From the NCBI GenBank assembly GCA_044449445.1, contig JBIOIA010000002.1:1-45296 (forward strand): a stretch of 45,296 bases of DNA. The letters run 5' to 3'. The notes below the pieces were generated by a model that saw only the letters and a program-made list of their open reading frames with translations, did no database searches and was not told the DNA's origin. This document shows, piece after piece, positions 27,243 to 35,086 of this stretch. Position 1 is the first letter of the stretch; every line of letters starts with the position of its first letter. Source of the stretch: Gemmatimonadales bacterium (GTDB lineage: Bacteria; Gemmatimonadota; Gemmatimonadetes; Gemmatimonadales; JACORV01). A program made the translations under genes and the position numbers.

Positions 27243-27917
27243 TCAGGTCCTGAAGAGGCCGACGATGCGCAACGTCTCGGCGGCGAACGCCGGGACCTCC
27301 GCGGGATCGACGAGCTTGTCGCCGCGGAAGGCGAGCAACCGGCCGCCGCGCGTCTGGACGCGCCAGCCCGGCGCGGCGGCGAACCATGCCAGCGCATCGA
27401 TCGTGAAGGCCCGGCGGATCGCCGCTTCGTCCGGTCCCTTCAGCAGGTAGCGCTTCGAAAACTCTTCGTTCTGCTCGAAGTCGATGTCCTGCGCCCCGAA
27501 CACCTCGGCCAGTCCATGCAGGAGCCCCTCGGGCGACAGCTGGAATTCCGGCAGTCCCTTCGCGCCGTCGGTGAACACGACGACGGTCTGGCGATGCGTA
27601 TGCGCACTCTTGCCGGAGCCGGTCGTGTACCGATAGTCGATGATGGCGGTGTCGCGATCCGCGAGCTTGCCTCGGAGTATGCGCGCGGCCTTGCGGCTGT
27701 GCCCGATCCCGAACAGAGGGAGGTCGAACCCGGTGATATCGAGCGGCCGCCGGTTCGCCTGCTCCTCGTAGGCGAAGCCCATGGCCTGCGCGACCGCCCT
27801 CATGGCCGCGTTGCGCTTCTTCTCGGCCAGATACGAGGCGTACGCGGTGCCGGCGATACCGACGCCCACGACACCGAACACGATCAGGCCCGGCCAGGGC
27901 GAGCCCGAGCTCGCCAC
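27243..27917 (-). CDS. Hypothetical membrane-anchored protein
   Basis: GTG at 27917 overlaps the TAG of the upstream small gene. One N-terminal TM helix (PWPGLIVFGVVGVGIAGTAYASYL) followed by a soluble domain of about 190 aa with no motif I recognise. Confidence 0.5.
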   Translation of the reverse strand: MASSGSPWPGLIVFGVVGVGIAGTAYASYLAEKKRNAAMRAVAQAMGFAYEEQANRRPLDITGFDLPLFGIGHSRKAARILRGKLADRDTAIIDYRYTTGSGKSAHTHRQTVVVFTDGAKGLPEFQLSPEGLLHGLAEVFGAQDIDFEQNEEFSKRYLLKGPDEAAIRRAFTIDALAWFAAAPGWRVQTRGGRLLAFRGDKLVDPAEVPAFAAETLRIVGLFRT

Positions 27918-28174
27918 TAGAGCTGCGCCTCGTCGATCAGCCGGACCAGCTCGGCGAATGGCGCGGTTTCCTTCGTGGGCTTGTGGGTGGCGGGGTCGGT
28001 GCGGATGTGCCATTGCACCAGCTCGGCGAGCGCCATCGCATCGTCGTCGGTGAGCTTCAGGACGTGGCCGCCGTCACTCCCGGTCATCGCGTCGAAACGC
28101 GAACGGAGGCCGTCCGGCACGTCCGTGAGCGTCTTCAGCGCGTCCACGATGGGCTGCGTGAGCCTGACCTGCAT
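27917..28174 (-). CDS. Hypothetical 85-aa acidic protein
   Basis: ATG at 28174 preceded by GGAGGA (28181-28186 on plus). Coding-like composition. No recognisable domain. Confidence 0.5.
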   Translation of the reverse strand: MQVRLTQPIVDALKTLTDVPDGLRSRFDAMTGSDGGHVLKLTDDDAMALAELVQWHIRTDPATHKPTKETAPFAELVRLIDEAQL

Positions 28175-28185
28175 GATCGCTCCTC

Positions 28186-29436
28186 CTAGACCGGCGGCTG
28201 GGAGCCGAATGCCTGCGCGTCTCCCAGCAGGATGGCGGTGATCGTCTCGCCCGGCAGCACCGCGTCGCGTCCCTCGGGAATCACGAGCAGCGCGTTGGCC
28301 CGCGCCATGCTCGTGAGAATGCCCGAGCCCTGCGGTCCCGTCAACGTCGCCCTGAGCGTTCCGTTCTCCTCGCGGATGACGCCGCGCAGGAAGTGCGTCA
28401 GCCGACCCGGCGTTTTCGCGGGCTCGTCCATGACCACGCGCACGGTGCGACGGAACAGGTCGCGATAACCCTGCATCTTCCGCACGGCGGGCCGCACGAA
28501 CAATTCGAAGCACACCATGGTGCTCACCGGGTTGCCCGGCAGCCCGATCCACGGGACGCCGGCCAGGTGGGCGAATCCCAGCGGCGAGCCCGGGCGCATC
28601 TGCACGCGCCAGAAGTCCATCGTCGCGCCGAGCTTCTCGAGCGCGGTGCGCATGAAGTCGTGCTCGCCGACGCTGACGCCCGCCGTGGAGACGACCAGGT
28701 CGGACTCGCGCGCGCCGCGCTCGAGCAGGGCCGCCACGCTGTCCAGCGGGTCGGCCGCGATGCCTAACGGAACCGGCGTGGCGCCGGCGTCCAGGGCCAG
28801 CGCGTGGAGGGTGTACGAGTTCGAGGACGCGATCTTGTCGCCGGCCAGGATCGCCGCCGCCTGGTCGAGTTCGGCGATCTCGTCGCCGGAGGCGAGGATC
28901 GCGACCCGCGCGCGCCGGTGCACGCGCACCCGCGGCATCGCCATGGAGGCGAGCACGCCGAGCTGCGCCGCGCCGAGCACCGTGCCCGGCTCGAAAACGC
29001 GCGCGCCCTTCTTCAGGTCTTCGCCGGCCAGGCGCAGGTTCTTGCCCGCGTCACGCTCGTCGAAAACCGCGACCCTGTCGCCCGCGCGCTCGGTGTCCTC
29101 CTGGCGGATGACGCCGTCGGAGCCCTCGGGGAGCGCCGCGCCGGTGAAGATGCGCGCGCACTGGCCCGCGCCCAGCACTTTCGCCGGCAGCCGGCCCGCC
29201 GGGATTTCCTCGATGATGGCGAGCCGTTTCGGCGCGGCCTTCGTGGCGCCGCGCACGTCCGTCGAGCGAACCGCGTAGCCGTCCATCGCGGAGTTGGTGC
29301 GGGGCGGCAGCACGAGTGGGGAATCCACCGGCTCGGCGAGGACACGGTCCCTGGCCTCGAGGAGCGCGACTTCCTCGACGCCCAGGACTTTCACGCCGGC
29401 GACGATGCGCTCTGTCGCCTCGCGGACGCTGGTCAC
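28186..29436 (-). CDS. moeA: Molybdopterin molybdenumtransferase MoeA
   Basis: GTG at 29436 within a GTGA overlap with dacB. NSAMDGYAV, GDEI and STAGVSVGEHDF motifs. The rest of the 920-aa track ORF is out-of-frame read-through of dacB. Confidence 0.9.
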   Translation of the reverse strand: MTSVREATERIVAGVKVLGVEEVALLEARDRVLAEPVDSPLVLPPRTNSAMDGYAVRSTDVRGATKAAPKRLAIIEEIPAGRLPAKVLGAGQCARIFTGAALPEGSDGVIRQEDTERAGDRVAVFDERDAGKNLRLAGEDLKKGARVFEPGTVLGAAQLGVLASMAMPRVRVHRRARVAILASGDEIAELDQAAAILAGDKIASSNSYTLHALALDAGATPVPLGIAADPLDSVAALLERGARESDLVVSTAGVSVGEHDFMRTALEKLGATMDFWRVQMRPGSPLGFAHLAGVPWIGLPGNPVSTMVCFELFVRPAVRKMQGYRDLFRRTVRVVMDEPAKTPGRLTHFLRGVIREENGTLRATLTGPQGSGILTSMARANALLVIPEGRDAVLPGETITAILLGDAQAFGSQPPV

Positions 29437-30962
29437 CGCCGCCGGCGCGCGAAGTTGGCCAGCCGCTCGACGACGTGGTCTTGCGCGCGCTCCACGACGC
29501 GGCGACTCGCGGTGAAGTGATTGCACAGCAGCACGAACACCAGCCGCTCGCCGTCCAGGGTCGTGACGTAGCCCGACAGGCTGCGCACGTTCGCGATCGA
29601 TCCGGTCTTGGCGTGCACGTTGCCCTGGGCCGCCGTGCCGCGCAGGCGCTGGTCGATCGTCCCATCCACGCCCGCGATGGGGAGCGCGGCGTAGAAGGCG
29701 TTGAAGTCCGGATTGCGCGTGATCGAGACCAGCGCCTGCGCGATCGCTTCGGGCGCCACGTAGTTGTAGCGCGAGAGCCCGGACCCGTCGATGTAGACGT
29801 AGGCGTCCTCGGGAATCCCCCAGCCGGTCAGCGTTTCGTGCACGACCACGCGGCCGCTGTCGACGGACGCGACGTTCTTGACCACGCCGCCGAGCGTGCG
29901 CAAGAGCGCCTCGGCGATCTGGTTCTGGCTGGGCTTGAGGAGAAGCGTGAGGACGCTGTCCAGCCGCGGCGACTGCCAGGCGAACAGCGTGTCGATCCGC
30001 GGACTGCACAGGCAGCACGAACAACCGGGACCCGAAAGCGGCGAGGCGGGGACGATCGTCGTCGAGGGCGGCAGCCGCGGGCCGAGCACGCTGATGCCGG
30101 CTTCGCGCAGGGCCTGAGTCAGCGCATCCTCGAAGAAGCGCGTGGGGTCGGTGACCGCGGCCTCGAACTGCATGGGCGGGTGGCCTGCCGACAGCCGGCC
30201 GCTGAGCAGCACCGAGTCGGTGTAGAAGGCGCGCGAGTAGTGCACGTCCCGGATGTTCGAGTCCCGGCTCGCCGTAGTGACTTGCGAGAACACCCTGAGC
30301 GGAGCGCCTTCGGGCCACAGGCGAGCGTGCGCCGTGTCGCCGGGGTTGGCACCCGGCGTCACGTCGATCACGGCGAAGCCCTCGTTGAACTGGAGCGCGC
30401 CCACCGGTGCCGAGTATGAGTCCTGGAGGTCGTCCCACATCCATCCCTCGCCGAGGACCGGGCCCTGGAACCAGCTCGCGTCGCCGACCACGCGCCCCGT
30501 GATCACGCGGATGCCGCGCGCCTTGAGCGAGTCGGCCCACGGCCGCAGCGGGGCCAGGATGTCGCCGTTGGCGCTGGCGTGCTGCGACAGTGCGGGATCG
30601 CCGTGCCCGACGACGACCAGGTCGCCGCTCAGCGTGTCGCCGCTGCGCGCTCCGCGCGCGAGAATCACGGTCCGCCACCTGAAGTCGGCGCCCAGCCGCG
30701 CGAGCGCGACGGTGCCGGTGACGATCTTCTGGTTGGACGCCGGCATGAACAGCCGCGCCGCGTTGCGTCGGTAGAGGACCTGCCCGTTGGTGGCCGACTG
30801 CACGACGACGCCCCACTGCGCGCGGGCGAACTCGGGGCCGTCGAACGTGCTGTCGAGCTCGGCGGCGAGGCTGCGGACTTCTGGAGCGAGGGGTTCGGTT
30901 GGATGACGGGCGGCGCAGCCCGCCACGAGGATCGCGGCGAGCGCGCACGCCCCGCGCCTCAC
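29433..30962 (-). CDS. dacB: D-alanyl-D-alanine carboxypeptidase/endopeptidase (PBP4, peptidase S13), lipoprotein
   Basis: Active-site ASNQK, plus HGDPAL and KTGS motifs. GTG at 30962 within a GTGA overlap with mobB gives VRRGACALAAILVAGC (lipobox). Confidence 0.85.
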   Translation of the reverse strand: MRRGACALAAILVAGCAARHPTEPLAPEVRSLAAELDSTFDGPEFARAQWGVVVQSATNGQVLYRRNAARLFMPASNQKIVTGTVALARLGADFRWRTVILARGARSGDTLSGDLVVVGHGDPALSQHASANGDILAPLRPWADSLKARGIRVITGRVVGDASWFQGPVLGEGWMWDDLQDSYSAPVGALQFNEGFAVIDVTPGANPGDTAHARLWPEGAPLRVFSQVTTASRDSNIRDVHYSRAFYTDSVLLSGRLSAGHPPMQFEAAVTDPTRFFEDALTQALREAGISVLGPRLPPSTTIVPASPLSGPGCSCCLCSPRIDTLFAWQSPRLDSVLTLLLKPSQNQIAEALLRTLGGVVKNVASVDSGRVVVHETLTGWGIPEDAYVYIDGSGLSRYNYVAPEAIAQALVSITRNPDFNAFYAALPIAGVDGTIDQRLRGTAAQGNVHAKTGSIANVRSLSGYVTTLDGERLVFVLLCNHFTASRRVVERAQDHVVERLANFARRRR

Positions 30963-31480
30963 CGGGCGCCCTGCAACACGATGTCGATCAGGCGGTACAT
31001 CCATGCGGTGTCGGAGAAGCGCAGGATCGGCACCGCAGCGCGGAACTCGCGATCATCCGTCACGATCGCGAGAAACTTCTCGGAGCCCGGAACGCCGGCC
31101 TGGTAGAGCGGTTCGGCGTGCACGGCCTTGCGGAACACTTCGATCTTCGGCAGGTCGGATTCCTTGAATCCCTCGACCACCACGAACTGCGCCTCGGCGA
31201 GGTACTTGTCGGCCAGCTCGCGCGGTCCCATCGGCTCCTCGGGCTTCGCGAGCAGCACGCGCATCGTCGGCGTCTCCATCACGACGCGGCTCGATCCGCC
31301 CTCGTGCATGTGGCGCCACGTGTCCCGGCCCTGCTGGTCGATCTCGAACGGATGACTTCCGTGCTTGATCGTCATCACCTTGTGACCGCGGCGGACGAGC
31401 TCCTTCACCAGCGCGACCACGAGCGTGGTCTTGCCGGCGTTCTTCTTGCCTACGATCGCGATCAGCCGGGGACCCGGCAT
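30959..31480 (-). CDS. mobB: Molybdopterin-guanine dinucleotide biosynthesis adapter MobB
   Basis: 173 aa. P-loop IVGKKNAGKTT and KHGSH segment. Confidence 0.85.
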   Translation of the reverse strand: MPGPRLIAIVGKKNAGKTTLVVALVKELVRRGHKVMTIKHGSHPFEIDQQGRDTWRHMHEGGSSRVVMETPTMRVLLAKPEEPMGPRELADKYLAEAQFVVVEGFKESDLPKIEVFRKAVHAEPLYQAGVPGSEKFLAIVTDDREFRAAVPILRFSDTAWMYRLIDIVLQGAR

Positions 31481-32064
31481 AGCGACTCCGCTCGCTCGAG
31501 GTCAGACGGTGAATTGACGTTGAAGAATAGAACGTCCGGGTCGCCGTACTGCAACACGCGCTCCCGGCCGAGCCGCGCCACGCGCACGTCGTTGTGGAAC
31601 GCGATCGCGCGCTGGTCGCCACGGGCCAGGGCCGCGCGGATCGCCGGGCCGCAGGCGGGCCCGTAGGCGGCACACAGCGGCTCCACGCCGCGCCGAGAGT
31701 CGCTCTCGGGTATCGCGACGTCGGCCCCTTCCAGCATCTCCGCCAGCGTGCCGAGCAGCGGGGCGGGCACGAACGGCATGTCCCAGGCGACGCACAGGAC
31801 GCTTCCGCTCGTCTCGACCGCCGTGAGTATGCCGCCCAGGGATCCCATGCCGGGGGCGACGTCCCGATGCACGGTGAGACCGGGCCGCCACTCCGGAGCT
31901 CCCGGGTCGTTCGCGATGAGGATGGGCGGTTTCCCCGTGGCCGCGGTGAGCGCGTCCACCACGCGGTCGATGACCCTTCGCCCGCCGACTCTGACCAGGC
32001 CCTTCGGGGCGCCGCCGTAGCGCGTGGCGGAGCCGCCGGCGATGACGGCGCCCGTGAGCGTCAG
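31462..32064 (-). CDS. mobA: Molybdenum cofactor guanylyltransferase MobA
   Basis: VIAGGSATRYGG (LAGGxxxRMG-type motif) and WDMPF segment. The only possible initiator upstream of the motif is a CTG at 32064, so the start is uncertain. Confidence 0.75.
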   Translation of the reverse strand: MTLTGAVIAGGSATRYGGAPKGLVRVGGRRVIDRVVDALTAATGKPPILIANDPGAPEWRPGLTVHRDVAPGMGSLGGILTAVETSGSVLCVAWDMPFVPAPLLGTLAEMLEGADVAIPESDSRRGVEPLCAAYGPACGPAIRAALARGDQRAIAFHNDVRVARLGRERVLQYGDPDVLFFNVNSPSDLERAESLCRVPG

Positions 32065-32921
32065 TAGCGCCTGGGATGCCGGCGCTCGAGCACAACGTCG
32101 AGGCCGATCAGGAAGGTGGGCAGGTGGCGCACGATGGTCGTCATCGGCGGCTCGGCCGCCGGGTTGTTGGGGTCTCGCGGACCCGTCGCGACGGACAGCT
32201 GGGTGATGACGTCGCGGAACTCCATCCTCGCGCGGTAGCCCGGAGCGAGCGACACCGACATTCCCACGGCCAGGTTGAGCACCCACGTGATGTCGGGCTT
32301 CGACGGGTTCTGGACGATGCTTTCCTCGCAGCCCAGGACGCACGTGGCCGTGTCCTGAAACACGCCGACCGTCTCGATGAACGAGCTGTTGCCCAGCAGC
32401 CCGGGCCCGCCCGTGACGCGCACGAAGGGCTGCACCGGGGCGTCTGGGGCCGTCGGCCGATAGGTGACGCCGCCCAGAAGGCCCACCACGTAGGTGCTGA
32501 CGTGTGCGCCGTTCGCGGTATTGCAGACCTGCTCGTTCTCGCGCTGCGGATCGGACTGCCAGGCCGCGGGCCCGGTGCAGCGTTGCTCGGAGCCGATGCC
32601 GAAGAACGCGACGTCCGCGGTCCAACCCCAGTGCCGTGACGCGTAGTAGGTGGTCACCAGTCCCGTGACGAGACCGGGCCGCAGCAGCCGGGCGAGGGAC
32701 AGCGTGTCGTGCTGGAAGTTCGGCGCGCTCACTGCCTGCGCCGGGATTTTCCACAGGTCGCTGCCCTCGCTCAGTCCGCCGTAGATCGTGAACACGAGCT
32801 GCGCCTCGTCGCTCGATTGTGCGTGAGCAGCGGGCACGGCCGCGAACAGCGGCAGCAGGGTGAGCAGCGTGAGCAGCGCGACGTGCGCGCACCCGGCTCT
32901 CACGTCGCGGCCGCTACGCAT
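32061..32921 (-). CDS. Hypothetical secreted beta-barrel-like outer-membrane protein
   Basis: Sec signal peptide ending AHA-QS. Alternating hydrophobic beta-strand pattern. Weak similarity to the 35743-36525 product. Confidence 0.55.
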   Translation of the reverse strand: MRSGRDVRAGCAHVALLTLLTLLPLFAAVPAAHAQSSDEAQLVFTIYGGLSEGSDLWKIPAQAVSAPNFQHDTLSLARLLRPGLVTGLVTTYYASRHWGWTADVAFFGIGSEQRCTGPAAWQSDPQRENEQVCNTANGAHVSTYVVGLLGGVTYRPTAPDAPVQPFVRVTGGPGLLGNSSFIETVGVFQDTATCVLGCEESIVQNPSKPDITWVLNLAVGMSVSLAPGYRARMEFRDVITQLSVATGPRDPNNPAAEPPMTTIVRHLPTFLIGLDVVLERRHPRRY

Positions 32922-33645
32922 CGGGGCGATGGAGTTGGGCGTTGCCCGAAACTGCGCGACCGACGAGGACGACGCCCGCGCGCCGCGCGATCGTGACGGC
33001 GAGCGTCGTCGGCACCGAAACCGTCGCCACCCACGCGAGGCCCGCGCGCGCGGCCTTGAACGCCAGCTCGGCAGAGATGCGGCCGGTCACGAGCAGGCCG
33101 AGGCCGGCCGGATCGAGCTTCCTGAGCAACGCGGCGCCGATGACCTTGTCCACCGCGTTGTGTCGCCCGACGTCCTCGGCGTGCGAAACGAGTGCGGTGC
33201 CATCGGTGAGTGCCGCGGCGTGGATCCCGCCCGTCTCGTGATACCGTGATCCCTTGCCGAACATTTCCTTGAACAGAACCCGCAGTGTCGCCGTGTCCGG
33301 CGGCTCGCCCTTCGCGGGCGTCTTGCGCAGCGATTCGGGATCCGCGAGCGCGACGCTCACGGCGCCGCAGCCCGAGGCCAGGACGCGCCGCCGGTCGTCG
33401 GCGGCGACCGCTGCAAGGCGTTCCGCGGGCACCTCGGCCCAGAAGCCGAGGTCGGTCGCGCACGGCCGGAGCGAGAGCAGCTCGTCCACGCGGGCGATGT
33501 AGCCCTCGCCGTGCAGCCACCCGACCACGAGCTCCTCGAGCTGGTCGGGAGTGCACATCCAGGTCACCGCGGGCCGGCGATTGACCTCGAGCCACACCGT
33601 CACTTCCTCGACCGCGGCGAGCTGGTCCGTCGTGGTGTGCGACAT
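32914..33645 (-). CDS. fdhD: Formate dehydrogenase accessory sulfurtransferase FdhD
   Basis: ATG at 33645 overlaps the upstream stop. ASGCGA loop, HAAAL, and the DVGRHNAVDKVIG signature. Confidence 0.85.
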   Translation of the reverse strand: MSHTTTDQLAAVEEVTVWLEVNRRPAVTWMCTPDQLEELVVGWLHGEGYIARVDELLSLRPCATDLGFWAEVPAERLAAVAADDRRRVLASGCGAVSVALADPESLRKTPAKGEPPDTATLRVLFKEMFGKGSRYHETGGIHAAALTDGTALVSHAEDVGRHNAVDKVIGAALLRKLDPAGLGLLVTGRISAELAFKAARAGLAWVATVSVPTTLAVTIARRAGVVLVGRAVSGNAQLHRPDA

Positions 33646-34070
33646 CAGGTCTCGCCCCGGTATTCGGCGAACAGCGACGGCTCTTCCTCGACGCGCACCA
33701 GCGAGAGCGCGCATCCCTTCGGCAGCCGGGCGGCGACGCGCCGCCACACGTCGAGGCACAGCATCTCGCCGGTCGGCACGATGCCGCCGTACGCGAACTC
33801 GGCGACGTCGAGGTTGATGTGCCGGTGATCGAAGCGCCGCACGACCTCCTCGTCCAGGACGCGGTCGAGCAGCGCCAGGTCCACGACCATGCCGGAAGCC
33901 TGATCCGGCGTGCCGCGCACCGTCACGGCGCACCGGTAGGTGTGTCCGTGGCCGTGCTCGCGCGAGGACGTACCGAACACCTCGGCGTTCCGCTCCGCGC
34001 TCCACTCGGGCCGGAAGTAGCGGTGCGCGGCGCTGAACTGAACCACGCGCGTGAGGTAGCAGGTCGGCAT
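33645..34070 (-). CDS. 6-pyruvoyl-tetrahydropterin synthase / QueD-family protein (atypical)
   Basis: 141 aa. FSAAHRY, HGHGHTY, GMVVDLALL and DHRHIN segments of the PTPS fold. No Cys upstream of the HGH motif. Confidence 0.75.
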   Translation of the reverse strand: MPTCYLTRVVQFSAAHRYFRPEWSAERNAEVFGTSSREHGHGHTYRCAVTVRGTPDQASGMVVDLALLDRVLDEEVVRRFDHRHINLDVAEFAYGGIVPTGEMLCLDVWRRVAARLPKGCALSLVRVEEEPSLFAEYRGET

Positions 34071-34084
34071 CGTCGCAAGATACC

Positions 34085-35086
34085 TCAGAAGACGCGCACG
34101 GCGACACTCTTGAACGCCGCGTACACGCTCCCGCCGACCGAGAGTCCCAGCTCCTCGAAGCTGCGCCGCGTGATGAGCGAAACGAGCTCGATGCCGCCGG
34201 CGGCCGCGACCGTCACCCGCATGGCCGCGCCCTGCTCGGAGACGCGCACGATGCGCCCCTCGATGACGTTGCGCGCCGAGGAATGGAGCGGCTCCGTCGA
34301 GAGCAGGATGTCTTCGGGCGCGACCGCCAGCGTCGCCGGCCCCTCGCGATCCGTCACGACCTCGATCATGAGCGGGCCGACCGGGATGATCTTCTCCGGG
34401 TTGCCGCCCGAGAGCTCGACCCGGAACAGATTCTCCGGGGTGACAGGCGTCGGGACGCCGTTCAGCAGCGCGAGCAGCCGGTCAGCCCAGCGATAGGCGT
34501 CCTCGAGCAGGTGCGAAGCGACGCACACGGCCATCGGCCGCCGACCCTGCGCGGTCGTGATCGCCGTGTAGAGCGCGTGCTGCGCCGCGCGATCGGCGCC
34601 TGAGACCGGTTCGTCGAGCAGCAGCACGTCCGGCGCCACCGCGAGAGCGCGCGCGACCGCGACGCGCTGGATCTCGCCCTCGGAGAGCGAGCGCGACTCG
34701 CGCGCGGCGAGCGTCTTCGCCTGGAGCAGCGTGAGCGCGTCGAGCGCGGCGCGACGCGCCTCCTCGGCCGACACGCCGCGCGCGCGCTGTCCCCAGGCGA
34801 CGTTCTCGAGCACCGTGCCGCGAAACAGGAACGGGCGCTGCTCGACCATCGTGACGCGGCGGCGCGCGCGGCGGCGCTGGCGCGCGGTCACGATCGGCAT
34901 CTCATCGAGCGCGAGCGTCCCCGACGCGGGGCGATCGAGGAACGCGAGCAGCCGGAGCAGGGTGCTCTTGCCGGCGCCGTTCGGCCCGACCACCGCGAGG
35001 CGCGTGCCGGGCTCGAGCCGCAGCGACGGCACATCGAGCACCGTGCGCCCCTCGCGCTCCTGTCGGAGCGAGGTGACCTCAAGCAT
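34085..35086 (-). CDS. ABC transporter ATP-binding protein with C-terminal TOBE (molybdate/tungstate-type) domain
   Basis: Walker A GPNGAGKST, signature LSEGE and Walker B LLLDEP. C-terminal SARNVIEGRIVRV...AAFKSVAV resembles TOBE. Confidence 0.85.
   Translation of the reverse strand: MLEVTSLRQEREGRTVLDVPSLRLEPGTRLAVVGPNGAGKSTLLRLLAFLDRPASGTLALDEMPIVTARQRRRARRRVTMVEQRPFLFRGTVLENVAWGQRARGVSAEEARRAALDALTLLQAKTLAARESRSLSEGEIQRVAVARALAVAPDVLLLDEPVSGADRAAQHALYTAITTAQGRRPMAVCVASHLLEDAYRWADRLLALLNGVPTPVTPENLFRVELSGGNPEKIIPVGPLMIEVVTDREGPATLAVAPEDILLSTEPLHSSARNVIEGRIVRVSEQGAAMRVTVAAAGGIELVSLITRRSFEELGLSVGGSVYAAFKSVAVRVF

Noticed and set aside
27917-28174. The 85-aa protein after moeA, considered as a MoaD/ThiS-like sulfur carrier.
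   Set aside because: It ends in ...DEAQL, not in the C-terminal Gly-Gly required for thiocarboxylate formation, and shows no beta-grasp-like pattern that I can recognise.
29437-30948. N-terminal 500 aa of the 920-aa track ORF 28186-30948, which would make MoeA a giant fusion protein.
   Set aside because: That part is the dacB region read in another frame (low-complexity Arg/Pro/Gly). The MoeA homology begins at the GTG at 29436, which overlaps the dacB stop.
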